Positions 1 to 8,710 of a stretch of DNA of 64,000 nucleotides are shown here, one piece after another. The notes below the pieces were generated by a model. It ran no database searches and was not told where the DNA came from. It worked only from the letters and a program-made list of their open reading frames with translations. Position 1 is the first letter of the stretch, and each line of letters begins with the position of its first letter. The translations under genes and the position numbers were made by a program. This DNA is from Ktedonobacteria bacterium (GTDB lineage: Bacteria > Chloroflexota > Ktedonobacteria > Ktedonobacterales > JACDGC01), in assembly GCA_027459525.1 (NCBI GenBank), contig DAIDIC010000198.1:45785-109784 (forward strand). The letters run 5' to 3'.

Positions 1-1084
1 CATTAATAACGCATATTCCTTCGGCGCTTGAAGCGAATATTGTTTGCAGATACTCTTTTTCGGTTTTTATATCATAGTACAGCACCACATTTTCTATTGC
101 TGTGGCAATAATAGGCGCCATATCTTGAATAATCCGTTTTTCTTCAGCTAAAAAAGGATTTGCCCGTGATAGAGTTACAACACCCCGCAGCTGATCTTTC
201 CAGATAAGCGGCGCACAAAACAGCGAAACATGTTCACCGCCCAGAAAAGATTCCGTTATCCGCCCCATAACCACGGGAGTTTGCGGCGCGTCATACGCCA
301 TCGCTTCACGTTTGCGGGCAACCATAGCGGTAAAAGAATTTTCATCTTGCAAAGTAATTGCGCAATTTTGCAATAAAGCGCCGCGCTTGCCTTTCGATCC
401 TACTATACGCAGTTCCTCGCGGGCAACATCGAAGGAAAAAATAATTGCATTTTCACAACGCACAATTTTATTAATTCCCGACACGATTGAGTTAAATAAA
501 TCTACAGGATTCAGTGTAGTAATAGATCGAACGGCGTCTAGGATAATATCGCGTTCACTGCGCGCCATTGCTTCATTTTTTAACAAATAAATATTTTTCA
601 GCGATTCAAAAGCATAATGTTCAGCTACCCGTATCATAAAGCGGTCAATATCGCGCGGAGGGCATCCCGCGCTAAGAGCAATCAGCAGCGCTCCAACGGT
701 TTTATTTCTCTCGCTCAATGGGATAATAATGCCAGGCAGATTAGATGGGCCATCAGTTTGGTGATACATTTCTGCTTGCCCCAAAACATCAAACGACATA
801 TGTTTGGTGTGCGATATAGCCCAACCGGTTATGCCTTGATTAAAAGGAATAACTTTAGCATAAACACTGCTTTCCCCTGCCACTGCCATACATTGCAGCT
901 CACCGGAAACAGGGTTTTGCCAATATATTGCGCAATGTTGCGCTTTCAGCATCTGCGCAATATTTTTTATGGCATAGTGTATTCCATCCATATAGCCCAA
1001 TTCCTGCGGTAATTCAAGCAATTCGGTGATTTTCTTTGGCGCTGCCGGACTATTTCCCGAGCCCAAAGCTGAACTTAACTGCAC
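1..1084 (-). CDS. Tandem GAF-domain sensory protein, N-terminal part. The gene runs off the left edge and is absent from the ORF track because no stop codon lies in the window.
   Basis: Manual minus-strand translation from GTG at 1084 (AAGGAGG at 1091-1097, 6-nt spacer) stays open to position 1: VQLSSALGSG...ELGYMDGIHYAIKNIAQMLKAQHCAIYWQN... It contains two GAF-like modules (GITGWAISHTKHMSFDV; LFCAPLIWKDQLRGVVTLSR) and then the start of a PAS-like segment (EKEYLQTIFASSAEGICVIN). Confidence 0.6.
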   Translation of the reverse strand, partial: MQLSSALGSGNSPAAPKKITELLELPQELGYMDGIHYAIKNIAQMLKAQHCAIYWQNPVSGELQCMAVAGESSVYAKVIPFNQGITGWAISHTKHMSFDVLGQAEMYHQTDGPSNLPGIIIPLSERNKTVGALLIALSAGCPPRDIDRFMIRVAEHYAFESLKNIYLLKNEAMARSERDIILDAVRSITTLNPVDLFNSIVSGINKIVRCENAIIFSFDVAREELRIVGSKGKRGALLQNCAITLQDENSFTAMVARKREAMAYDAPQTPVVMGRITESFLGGEHVSLFCAPLIWKDQLRGVVTLSRANPFLAEEKRIIQDMAPIIATAIENVVLYYDIKTEKEYLQTIFASSAEGICVIN

Positions 1085-1279
1085 CTTCGGCCTCCTTGAA
1101 CGCTTTAAACATCATAGTCATAATTATCAGCAATCTGGGCGCCATAATGCGCTATCTGCGCCGATTAATTACCACAATATATTGAATGTGAATTACTTCC
1201 TTGTTGCCGCCTCATAAAATCTTATATGATTAAAATGGCGTTGCCGGATATTGGCGCGCCGGTAAGGGGTACTTGTATC

Positions 1280-2119
1280 ATGGTGGCGCGCATTCTCGAT
1301 GGCAATAGTTTGGCTGAAGATCTGCTGCTTTCTCTGCAAAAAAAAGCGGCAGAGTTTACCAGCCAAAATGGCCGCGCCGCGCATGTATCTATTATTGTTA
1401 TCGGTTCTGATACTGGCGCGGCGCTGTTTGGCGCACAGGTAATACGCAAGTGCCAAAAAATCGGCGTCGCTACATCATCCACGCATTTCGACGCCGACGT
1501 TACGGAATCGGCAATCCGTGATTATATCGAAACTATCAGCGGCAATTCATATACGGATGGAGTTATTGTGTTGCTGCCATTACCAGAAAATATTCATCAA
1601 AGCGCAATTATGGCAACCTTGAACCCTGCAAAAGATGTCGATGGGCTTGGCCCCAAAAACGCCGGCAACCTTGTTCTAGGTTTTCCCAGTTTTACCCCCG
1701 GAACAGCCGAAGCTGTTACTACACTGCTGGATAACGCTGGCATACCTATCCAAGGGCAGCACGCAGTTATTCTGGGCCGAAGCAATGTTGGAGGAAAACC
1801 AGTGGCTATGGAGCTGCTGCGCCGCAACGCCACTATTACTATCTGCCATACCCATACAAAAAATCTGCCGGAGATTACACGAACGGCAGATATTATTGTT
1901 GCAAGTATCGGCCAGCCCGAATTTCTAACCGGAGATATGATTCGACCAGGCGCGGTAGTATTAGACGCAGGGGCAAATGTAACTGCGGCGGGCTTAAAAG
2001 GAGACGCGCATGCTCCAAGTATCCGCGAAAAAGCCGGCTGGTTTGCCCCGACTCCCGGCGGGCTGGGACCATTAACACATCTTATGGTTATTCGCAATAC
2101 ACTTTTTGGCGCAGGCTGA
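1280..2119 (+). CDS. folD: Bifunctional 5,10-methylenetetrahydrofolate dehydrogenase / methenyl-THF cyclohydrolase
   Basis: Full-length FolD pattern: MVARILDGNSLA..., VLLPLPENI, NPAKDVDGLGPKNAG, FTPGTAEAV, ILGRSNVGGKPVA, TPGGLGPLT. I prefer ATG 1280 (AAGGGG at 1264-1269) to the ORF-track start at 1226. Confidence 0.9.
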   Translation: MVARILDGNSLAEDLLLSLQKKAAEFTSQNGRAAHVSIIVIGSDTGAALFGAQVIRKCQKIGVATSSTHFDADVTESAIRDYIETISGNSYTDGVIVLLPLPENIHQSAIMATLNPAKDVDGLGPKNAGNLVLGFPSFTPGTAEAVTTLLDNAGIPIQGQHAVILGRSNVGGKPVAMELLRRNATITICHTHTKNLPEITRTADIIVASIGQPEFLTGDMIRPGAVVLDAGANVTAAGLKGDAHAPSIREKAGWFAPTPGGLGPLTHLMVIRNTLFGAG

Positions 2120-2254
2120 CACCTAAATATACAATATATTTTTAATAGAAATAAAACGGAAACATCGCAGCCAATCCATTCTACTGCAGCGGCGCAAGAA
2201 TATTTGCGTCAGCATGTTTCTCGGCAAGATCTCATTTTTATGGAGGCGCATATT

Positions 2255-4087
2255 ATGTATAGATTGAAACAACAAAAATATATTTCTGCAACGGCATTAT
2301 TGTTAACCCTAGCCGTAATTTTTTCTGCGTGCAGTTCATCAACCGGCAACGGCTCCAATCTTCCCTTTACCCAAGGAAAGTGGTATCAGCCGCTGCTGGG
2401 ATCGTATAACGGCGCAAGTGTCAGCTCTACCGCTTTTGCGGCGGCAAACCCTTCTTATGGTTATGCTTGTGTTTCCACACTGCAAAGCGCCGACGCAACA
2501 ACGCCGGGTCCGCAAACACCATCGGCTTCAGCAACTTCTGCGGCGGCAGCAACACAAACCCCTGCTGTTGAGGCGTCTCCTTCCGCCACTGCAACCTCTG
2601 CCGCCACTGCAACCTCTGCCGCCACAGCGTCGCCGGCTGCTACCGGAACAGCGACAGCAATAACGCCCACTGTTCAACCTACCATTACCCAAAATCAAAT
2701 AACAAATACATTTTGGGCAACCACAACCGGCGGGTTATATTGGAATCCCGTAACCCTGCCGTCGGCAATTGGCGCGTTTATCTGCCCATTGTCCGCTGTT
2801 TCTGCGCCAAATCCGCAAAATCCGCTGGATGTGTTTTTGCTGGCGGCGCAAGGAACTTTCGATATTAATAATCCATTTGCGTTTACGCCGGGACAGTTAC
2901 AATTTCAGCTGTGGCGCAGTCAAGATGGCGGACAAACATGGAAGCAACTGACTACACCAACATCGGTTAACCCGCTGCAGCCGCTGATACTTTCACCATA
3001 TCACCTTATTATTCAGGCGCAGGGTTCCACTATTGTGTTTGCAAATAACTATGTGGGATCACAAACGTTATTCGTAAGCTACAACAGCGGCCAAACATGG
3101 GTGCAGCAATCTTTAAATTCAGCAGATTCTTCCGCGCCTCTTTCATTCGCCGGCTTCGCAGCTGGTCCCAATAACAGCTTATGGGCGTTGGTAACAAACA
3201 GCGCTATTTCTCAAACAAACACACCATATCAGATATATCAGACCAATGATTTTGGCCAACTGTGGAGTTTTGTTACGTCGATTCCCATCGGCGCACAGAT
3301 TCCATCCAACGCTAACGCGCAATTATTTACCGGAGCAAACGCGCAATACGCATATGTTGTCACCCAAATTGCGCCGGAATCGGCAGCAGTTACACCAACT
3401 ATACCGGCAGCCTCTGGGCCAACAGCAACAGCGACAATTGTTGAGCCAACAGCAACGGCGGCTTCATCCGGAACCGCCGGCGCTTCACTGCAAACAGCGC
3501 TATATGCGTCATCAAACAGTGGTGTAACTTGGAGTAAAGATATTTGGCCGGCTGCAGTAAACGGAACTCCGCTCGGCGGCGCGCAAATTGCCCAGTTTGG
3601 CGTTAATTTCACGGTGGACACTCGCGGATATGCCTATGCGGCGCCAAACAATAGCGACACCTCACCGCTATCTGATCCTACAGCGGCAGACAGCGCCGGA
3701 ATATATGTTTTTAATGGCAGTTCAGCCGCATTATTTGCGCAAACACCGGCGACTTCTACTGTTATGACACTCACGCTGGGATATGCGCCACAAACAAATG
3801 TACAGAATCCGCAAACACCAACACCGCTTCCAGCAACAACAGCAACGGCGGCAATAACGCCAACAAATACTGCAACTCCACCGCCAATAGCAGCTCCGAC
3901 AATCGCTGTAACTGCAACGGAAACATCTGCTGCAACTGCTGTAGTTTCACCCACAGCAACAATAGCGGCAGGTTCGGTGTATCCGGTTTTGTGGGTAAAC
4001 TTTGGTCCGCCAAGCCTTTTTATAGCCAACCCATCCGAAGCCGGATTTATGGGATATATTTCCGATACAGCCATTCAGGGCAGCTAA
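2255..4087 (+). CDS. Secreted lipoprotein with BNR/Asp-box (sialidase/Ycf48-like beta-propeller) repeats and long Thr/Ala/Pro-rich linkers
   Basis: Signal peptide plus lipobox (LLLTLAVIFSAC) follows ATG 2255 (GGAGG at 2242-2246). Four Asp-box-like motifs are present: SQDGGQTW, SYNSGQTW, TNDFGQLW, SSNSGVTW. Low-complexity TATSAATATSAA and PTPLPATTATAAITPT tracts are also present. Confidence 0.6.
   Translation: MYRLKQQKYISATALLLTLAVIFSACSSSTGNGSNLPFTQGKWYQPLLGSYNGASVSSTAFAAANPSYGYACVSTLQSADATTPGPQTPSASATSAAAATQTPAVEASPSATATSAATATSAATASPAATGTATAITPTVQPTITQNQITNTFWATTTGGLYWNPVTLPSAIGAFICPLSAVSAPNPQNPLDVFLLAAQGTFDINNPFAFTPGQLQFQLWRSQDGGQTWKQLTTPTSVNPLQPLILSPYHLIIQAQGSTIVFANNYVGSQTLFVSYNSGQTWVQQSLNSADSSAPLSFAGFAAGPNNSLWALVTNSAISQTNTPYQIYQTNDFGQLWSFVTSIPIGAQIPSNANAQLFTGANAQYAYVVTQIAPESAAVTPTIPAASGPTATATIVEPTATAASSGTAGASLQTALYASSNSGVTWSKDIWPAAVNGTPLGGAQIAQFGVNFTVDTRGYAYAAPNNSDTSPLSDPTAADSAGIYVFNGSSAALFAQTPATSTVMTLTLGYAPQTNVQNPQTPTPLPATTATAAITPTNTATPPPIAAPTIAVTATETSAATAVVSPTATIAAGSVYPVLWVNFGPPSLFIANPSEAGFMGYISDTAIQGS
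2585..2620 (+). repeat. Perfect 18-nt tandem duplication (GCCACTGCAACCTCTGCC x2) inside the linker-coding region
   Basis: Read directly at 2585-2602 and 2603-2620. It encodes ATATSA-ATATSA. Confidence 0.8.
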
Positions 4088-4149
4088 TCTCCGGCGGCAT
4101 TTCAAAATTATACTATCGGCGTTCTTTTAATAACATCCTAAAAGTGGGA

Positions 4150-4176
4150 TAAAGTTTGATATCAGAGCGCCGATTA
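4150..4176 (+). promoter_or_regulatory. Sigma-28 (FliA)-type promoter: TAAAGTTT-N11-GCCGATTA
   Basis: TAAAGTTT at 4150-4157, an 11-nt spacer, and GCCGATTA at 4169-4176, compared with the enterobacterial consensus TAAAGTTT-N11-GCCGATAA (one mismatch). It lies 40 nt upstream of ATG 4216 of the chemoreceptor gene. fliA is encoded in this window. Confidence 0.6.
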
Positions 4177-4215
4177 GATAGGTATCCTCTGCATACTAAA
4201 GGATTCGTATTTGAA

Positions 4216-6564
4216 ATGTTGCAAAAAGAACGTACATTTTCTGACAATCACCAGGATGATTCATTTCATATCCTGAACCAGCGAGACATGTTCGCGTTTA
4301 CCGTTCCTGTCATCGTTTGGCTGGCTAATATAACAACCATGGTGCTGACTGGCCCATCGGGCATAACAATGTTTATTTTAGCCAGTATCCTTTTCTTCAT
4401 TCCCAGTGTATGGGTTACCCAATGGCTTGGCAAAATGTTTCCCCATCAATCAGGCCCATTTATGTGGGCAGCGCGTACACTGGGTTATAAGCGAGCCTTC
4501 TTCCCCAGTTTCAGCATATGGCTTGGTGTCACTATCGGCGCAATCGGCACGCTTACAAACACCATGCTTACACTTCAATATTTTAACGCGAACTGGTTTG
4601 CCACTCCGGTTTCCGAAAGTGTGGGCATACTTATTATGTTGGCGCTGGTAGCGGCCGTGTGCCTGATACCATTACAGCAATTGCGGCGTCTTGTTTTTGG
4701 CTCTACAATGATATACCTAGCAGCCATCGGATGTCTTCTAGTCACTATCGTTATTTGGACAATGAGCGGCCACCTGCCGCAGACATCGTTCCACTGGCCC
4801 GATCAATGGCAGATTTCTTCATCAACCATCGGAACATTCGGGCTGATTGTTTTTACAATAGTCGGTGTCAATATGGGCATGTCACTTGGCCCGCGTATGG
4901 CAGGATCACGCAATGAAGCAAAGCGTTCAATGCAATTTGTATGGTGGGTTTTTGCTGCAGTTATAGTCATGTATCTTGTCGCCGACTTTGGCGCATTGAT
5001 CATCGATAACTCAGTTCAACTTACAACACCGTTTGTTTTTACCGATACTTTTGCAAATATGTTTGGCTCAGGCGCCGCCAATTTCTTTAACGTTGTTGCT
5101 GTTGTCATAGATTTCATGATATCGGTTGTGTATCTTATATTACTGGCGTATGTTCTGCATTCATTCGGCGAACACAGTTATTTGCCGCCTTGGTTTGCAA
5201 AGACCACCAGCCAGCATGTCCCACGCAACGCAATTTTAGGGCAAACAGTCAGCATTGGCGCATTTGTCACCATAGCGTATCTCATTCTTCCGAGCATTGC
5301 CCCATTTGGGCAAGACGCAGTCAGCCGATTTACCATTATCACCAATATTTTAAACGCCAGCTCCAGCATTATTTGGGGATTGGGCATGCTTATGCTGTTT
5401 GTATTTGGACTAGCGGCAGTAATGCGCTTTACACATATGTTATCCGGAGCGCGCTGGCCCATGTTCATCATGTCTTTAGCCGCCATTCCTACAATGATGT
5501 ACAGCTTTTGGCTCACGCTTACAGCTTCATGGATCCCAACATTCATGGGAAACAATGCTTGGTTTGAAGCAACTATTGGAGTTACTATATTTTTACTGCT
5601 TGGCGGGACAATCCTTGGCGAAATATTGCGTATGCATGGTGTTGTACGTGAGCAAGACAGATTGCATGCGCAATTAAAAACAACATTCCAGCAAATCGAT
5701 GCGTTGATTAGAAACATCGGCAAAATGAGCCATGACGCAAATTCAGCCATGACACATATTCAAACCGCAACGCAAACTGTTTCTCGAACAACCGGCAGCC
5801 TGGCGCAATCAGTTGAAGAAGTAGCAGCCACCAGTTTGGAACAGGTAAGTACGCTGAAAGAGGCGACTAATACTATTGACTCCATGATTCAGCATACCGA
5901 CACGATGAAAGTAACTCTTGGCTCGATGATTCAAACAATGGGTCGGTTGCAGCAGCAGTTTCAACAAAGCGTCCAGCAAGTTCAGAAACTGGACCAGCGA
6001 TCTGTGGAAATTGGCCAGATAGCTAATCTTATTGATGAAATTGCTGATCAAACAAATTTGTTATCGCTCAATGCGGCAATTGAAGCTGCGCGCGCAGGTG
6101 AACAGGGCAGAGGATTTGCCGTTGTTGCGGGTGAGGTGCGCAAACTTGCCGAAAGAACCGCTAACTCGGTGCGAGAGATTAACGGGTTAATTCACCATAT
6201 TCAAAGCGAAATGGCAGAAACACTTGTTTCTATGGAATCTTCAAAATCTGAACTGCAATCGAGTGTCGGACAGCTTGAAACAGTAAACGGCCAAGTAACA
6301 GAGGTTGTTTCAAACGCAGAGTCTACTCAGATAATGCTGCATCAAGTAAGTGAAGTAACCAAAACAAACAGCGATTCTGTCCGGGAAATGTCTTCGGTTA
6401 TGGATACAACATCACAGCAGATCTCTGCCATTGAAGATTCAATGGGATTAATTAAAGATCTGGCAAGTCAACTGGAAGACGCCGAGAAGATTCACAACAA
6501 AAAATCTGATGTTACATCACCGCAACAAGTAAGTTTCTATGGCGAATCTGTAAGAGCGGCGTAA
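4216..6564 (+). CDS. Methyl-accepting chemotaxis protein with an N-terminal ~12-TM APC-family amino-acid-permease-like domain
   Basis: The C-terminal part has the canonical MCP hairpin [43 protein letters not shown]. The N-terminal ~480 aa has multiple hydrophobic helices with APC-like motifs ([19 protein letters not shown]; [21 protein letters not shown]). The ORF-track TTG start at 4156 overlaps the sigma-28 promoter, so I prefer ATG 4216; ATG 4288 is also possible. Confidence 0.8.
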   Translation: MLQKERTFSDNHQDDSFHILNQRDMFAFTVPVIVWLANITTMVLTGPSGITMFILASILFFIPSVWVTQWLGKMFPHQSGPFMWAARTLGYKRAFFPSFSIWLGVTIGAIGTLTNTMLTLQYFNANWFATPVSESVGILIMLALVAAVCLIPLQQLRRLVFGSTMIYLAAIGCLLVTIVIWTMSGHLPQTSFHWPDQWQISSSTIGTFGLIVFTIVGVNMGMSLGPRMAGSRNEAKRSMQFVWWVFAAVIVMYLVADFGALIIDNSVQLTTPFVFTDTFANMFGSGAANFFNVVAVVIDFMISVVYLILLAYVLHSFGEHSYLPPWFAKTTSQHVPRNAILGQTVSIGAFVTIAYLILPSIAPFGQDAVSRFTIITNILNASSSIIWGLGMLMLFVFGLAAVMRFTHMLSGARWPMFIMSLAAIPTMMYSFWLTLTASWIPTFMGNNAWFEATIGVTIFLLLGGTILGEILRMHGVVREQDRLHAQLKTTFQQIDALIRNIGKMSHDANSAMTHIQTATQTVSRTTGSLAQSVEEVAATSLEQVSTLKEATNTIDSMIQHTDTMKVTLGSMIQTMGRLQQQFQQSVQQVQKLDQRSVEIGQIANLIDEIADQTNLLSLNAAIEAARAGEQGRGFAVVAGEVRKLAERTANSVREINGLIHHIQSEMAETLVSMESSKSELQSSVGQLETVNGQVTEVVSNAESTQIMLHQVSEVTKTNSDSVREMSSVMDTTSQQISAIEDSMGLIKDLASQLEDAEKIHNKKSDVTSPQQVSFYGESVRAA

Positions 6565-6598
6565 CGTATCACTTTTTGGGAAAAATTTACGGTACATC

Positions 6599-6643
6599 AA
6601 AAGCTGCGCAAGAAGATTGTAATTTCTCTTGCGCAGCTTTTTT
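6599..6643. terminator. Bidirectional intrinsic terminator between the convergent chemoreceptor and aldolase genes
   Basis: A 13-bp stem (AAGCTGCGCAAGA at 6601-6613 / TCTTGCGCAGCTT at 6627-6639) is flanked by AAAA on the left and TTTTTT on the right. Confidence 0.65.
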
Positions 6644-6680
6644 CAGTCTGTCAATACATATTGACGCGCGTTAGAAAGTT

Positions 6681-7592
6681 TTATGCTGAATAATCTTTCA
6701 GCATTCCGGAGATTTCCCCGGCCAAGCGAAGCGCCTCATCCATAGGCCGCTGCCATAAATTGCGACCAAAGATAACACCGGAGCCGCCGGCTTCCATCCC
6801 CATGCGGGCTTTTTCAATAACGCCACCTTCATCCTGTTTTTCTCCGCCCGAGAAAATGACCAGTGTTTTACCTGCCGAGGCGACTACATGTCGCAACGCT
6901 TCTTGAACAGTAAACGTTGTTGTTGAATAGGGCTTGGGGGCATTTTTATCCTTTTCAGGATCTATCTTCGGAACATTTACTTTTACTACATCAGCGCCTA
7001 GCTCCGCAGCAGTGCGCGCAGCATAATCTATTGCATAAAAGCTGTCGCGGCCGCCCTTGGTTTCTATAGCCTCACCGCGGGGATAAGACCATACGATAAT
7101 CGGCATACCAAAACGTTCCGCGTCTTCACGAACTTTGCGGAACTGCGCAAAATCTTGCTCTTGCTGCGGTGATCCAACATAGAGGGTATATCCAACTGCA
7201 TCAGCGCCCAATCGAACCGCGTCTTCTACCGAGGCCAGCATCGGTGAAAGGGGAGATTTATCGGCAGGAATTTCCGTTTTACCGTTTAACTTCAACACCA
7301 AGGGAACTTGGCCGGCAAACTTTGCCATATATTTACTGGCAATACCAACTTGGAATACAATTCCCGAAAATTTACCTTCTTTCGCAAGTTGCAGTTGAAA
7401 TTCGGGATCTTTTGCGGGTGGATTGGGGAAAAAGTCGCGTGGACCATGCTCTAAGCCCTGATCAATCGGCAAAAACATTAATGTGCCGTTGCCGGGGCCT
7501 GCGCCATAAAGCAGCCGGCTTAACCGAGTTTTTTTCCCTGTGCTTAGGTTCATATCGGCAAGTGTGACTCGTTGTATTTGCTCCGTTGCCAT
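6681..7592 (-). CDS. fbaB: Class I fructose-bisphosphate aldolase, DhnA/FbaB (archaeal-type) family
   Basis: MATEQIQRV...GTLMFLPIDQGLEHGP...VLKLNGKTE...DVVKVNVPK resembles E. coli FbaB/DhnA-type aldolases. ATG 7592 is preceded by AGGAGG (7601-7606 on plus). The ORF-track extension to 7739 is unlikely. Confidence 0.75.
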   Translation of the reverse strand: MATEQIQRVTLADMNLSTGKKTRLSRLLYGAGPGNGTLMFLPIDQGLEHGPRDFFPNPPAKDPEFQLQLAKEGKFSGIVFQVGIASKYMAKFAGQVPLVLKLNGKTEIPADKSPLSPMLASVEDAVRLGADAVGYTLYVGSPQQEQDFAQFRKVREDAERFGMPIIVWSYPRGEAIETKGGRDSFYAIDYAARTAAELGADVVKVNVPKIDPEKDKNAPKPYSTTTFTVQEALRHVVASAGKTLVIFSGGEKQDEGGVIEKARMGMEAGGSGVIFGRNLWQRPMDEALRLAGEISGMLKDYSA

Positions 7593-7879
7593 ACATTGTG
7601 CCTCCTGTAATACTATTGTTTTACATTGTGCGCCAGAAGCTTTTATTTTGGGGGATGGCAGATTTTTAGCGAGCATGTAATAAAGCACACACTTAAGAAA
7701 GAATATCTTCCTCACAAAATCTGCGCCCAAGCCCGGCAATTCCTTGCAAAATTATCCGGTTGCGCGCTCCGGCGACTCAAATCAAATCAGGCGATTATGA
7801 ATCCTTTTGTAACCGGATTCACATTGCCATTACTTAAGCATACAACGCAAGAAAAGCCTGCGTAAATAGCCTATCTAAG

Positions 7880-8467
7880 TTATTGAAAATTATTCAGACC
7901 TCGCAACACCTCATTAATAACGTAGCGCAACACCTCAAGAACCCCTTGCCCATTTACGGCAACTGCTTCAAAACTGCGTTTTCTATTCGTATTGAGGTAT
8001 TGCTCCAGTATCGGCACGGGAAGCACATCAGGAACATCTCGTTTATTCCACTGCATGGCTATAGGAAAGTCTGCAGGATTTTTATGTTGGTTGCGCAGCT
8101 GATCATTCAGCTCGGTCCAGCTCTCAATATTTTCCCGCAGCTTATTTGCTTGGGAATCTGCGACAAAAACAACGCCATCCACTCCGCGCAGCACCGCAAT
8201 TCGGGTTTGTTGATATAACACCTGCCCCGGAACGGTATACAACTGAAATTTTATATTATACCCATGTACTCTGCCCATTTCCAGAGGCAACAAATCAAAA
8301 TACAGGGTTCTTTCCGTTTCGGTATCGATAGATACCATACCGCCGACATCTTTTGGATTTACTACATTATGTATATAATGCAGATTTGTTGTTTTTCCGC
8401 TTAAACCTATTCCATAATACACGATTTTGCAGCTAATCTCGCGTTTTGAGCTATTTATTATTGGCAT
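7880..8467 (-). CDS. mglA: MglA-type Ras-like small GTPase (motility/polarity GTPase family)
   Basis: Collinear with Myxococcus MglA as I recall it: INSSKREISCKIVYYGIGLSGKTTNLHYI, LYTVPGQV, VDGVVFVADSQ, QWNKRD. Confidence 0.8.
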   Translation of the reverse strand: MPIINSSKREISCKIVYYGIGLSGKTTNLHYIHNVVNPKDVGGMVSIDTETERTLYFDLLPLEMGRVHGYNIKFQLYTVPGQVLYQQTRIAVLRGVDGVVFVADSQANKLRENIESWTELNDQLRNQHKNPADFPIAMQWNKRDVPDVLPVPILEQYLNTNRKRSFEAVAVNGQGVLEVLRYVINEVLRGLNNFQ

Positions 8468-8710
8468 GTTATTATTTTTGCTCCTTCGTGTACCGGTTAC
8501 CTCTTTGCGGAATTATCACCATACACTATACAAAGTATATCATATTTCATATCCCAGAAATTTAGATACGCAAAAAAAATTTACGGAATAAATATCGGCT
8601 GATTAAGGAAAACTGGCGTTTTTTTTGCGATACAGTTTTGTGCTGTTCAATTTTTCATAAGAAACAGCCGGAGTTATATTTGTTTTTCAGCAAAACATGG
8701 AGGAAAGAGC

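Noticed and set aside
312-1012. Plus-strand ORFs 312-590 and 617-1012 from the ORF track.
   Set aside because: They lie antisense to a continuous, SD-preceded minus-strand frame (1-1084) with clear GAF-domain features. Their translations are low-quality (Arg/Ser/Ile-rich) with no family resemblance.
2418-4074. Numerous overlapping ORFs on both strands within the BNR lipoprotein gene (e.g. 2418-2663, 2461-2670, 3238-3621, 3634-4074).
   Set aside because: They are products of the GC-rich, low-complexity Thr/Ala/Pro-coding tracts, which stay open in several frames. The lipoprotein frame has the signal peptide and Asp-box motifs.
7593-7739. N-terminal extensions of ORF-track calls: aldolase to 7739, fliQ to 30255, XRE to 40314, hutH to 52565, crotonase to 63421, DUF4256 from 41636, pepF from 19550.
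   Set aside because: In each case an internal ATG with a good SD motif matches the conserved family N-terminus. The extensions have no homology and would cover promoter or intergenic sequence.
8592-8599. A sigma-28 -10-like GCCGATAT on the minus strand upstream of mglA.
   Set aside because: There is no TAAA-type -35 element at the required spacing, and it lies ~125 nt from the start codon.
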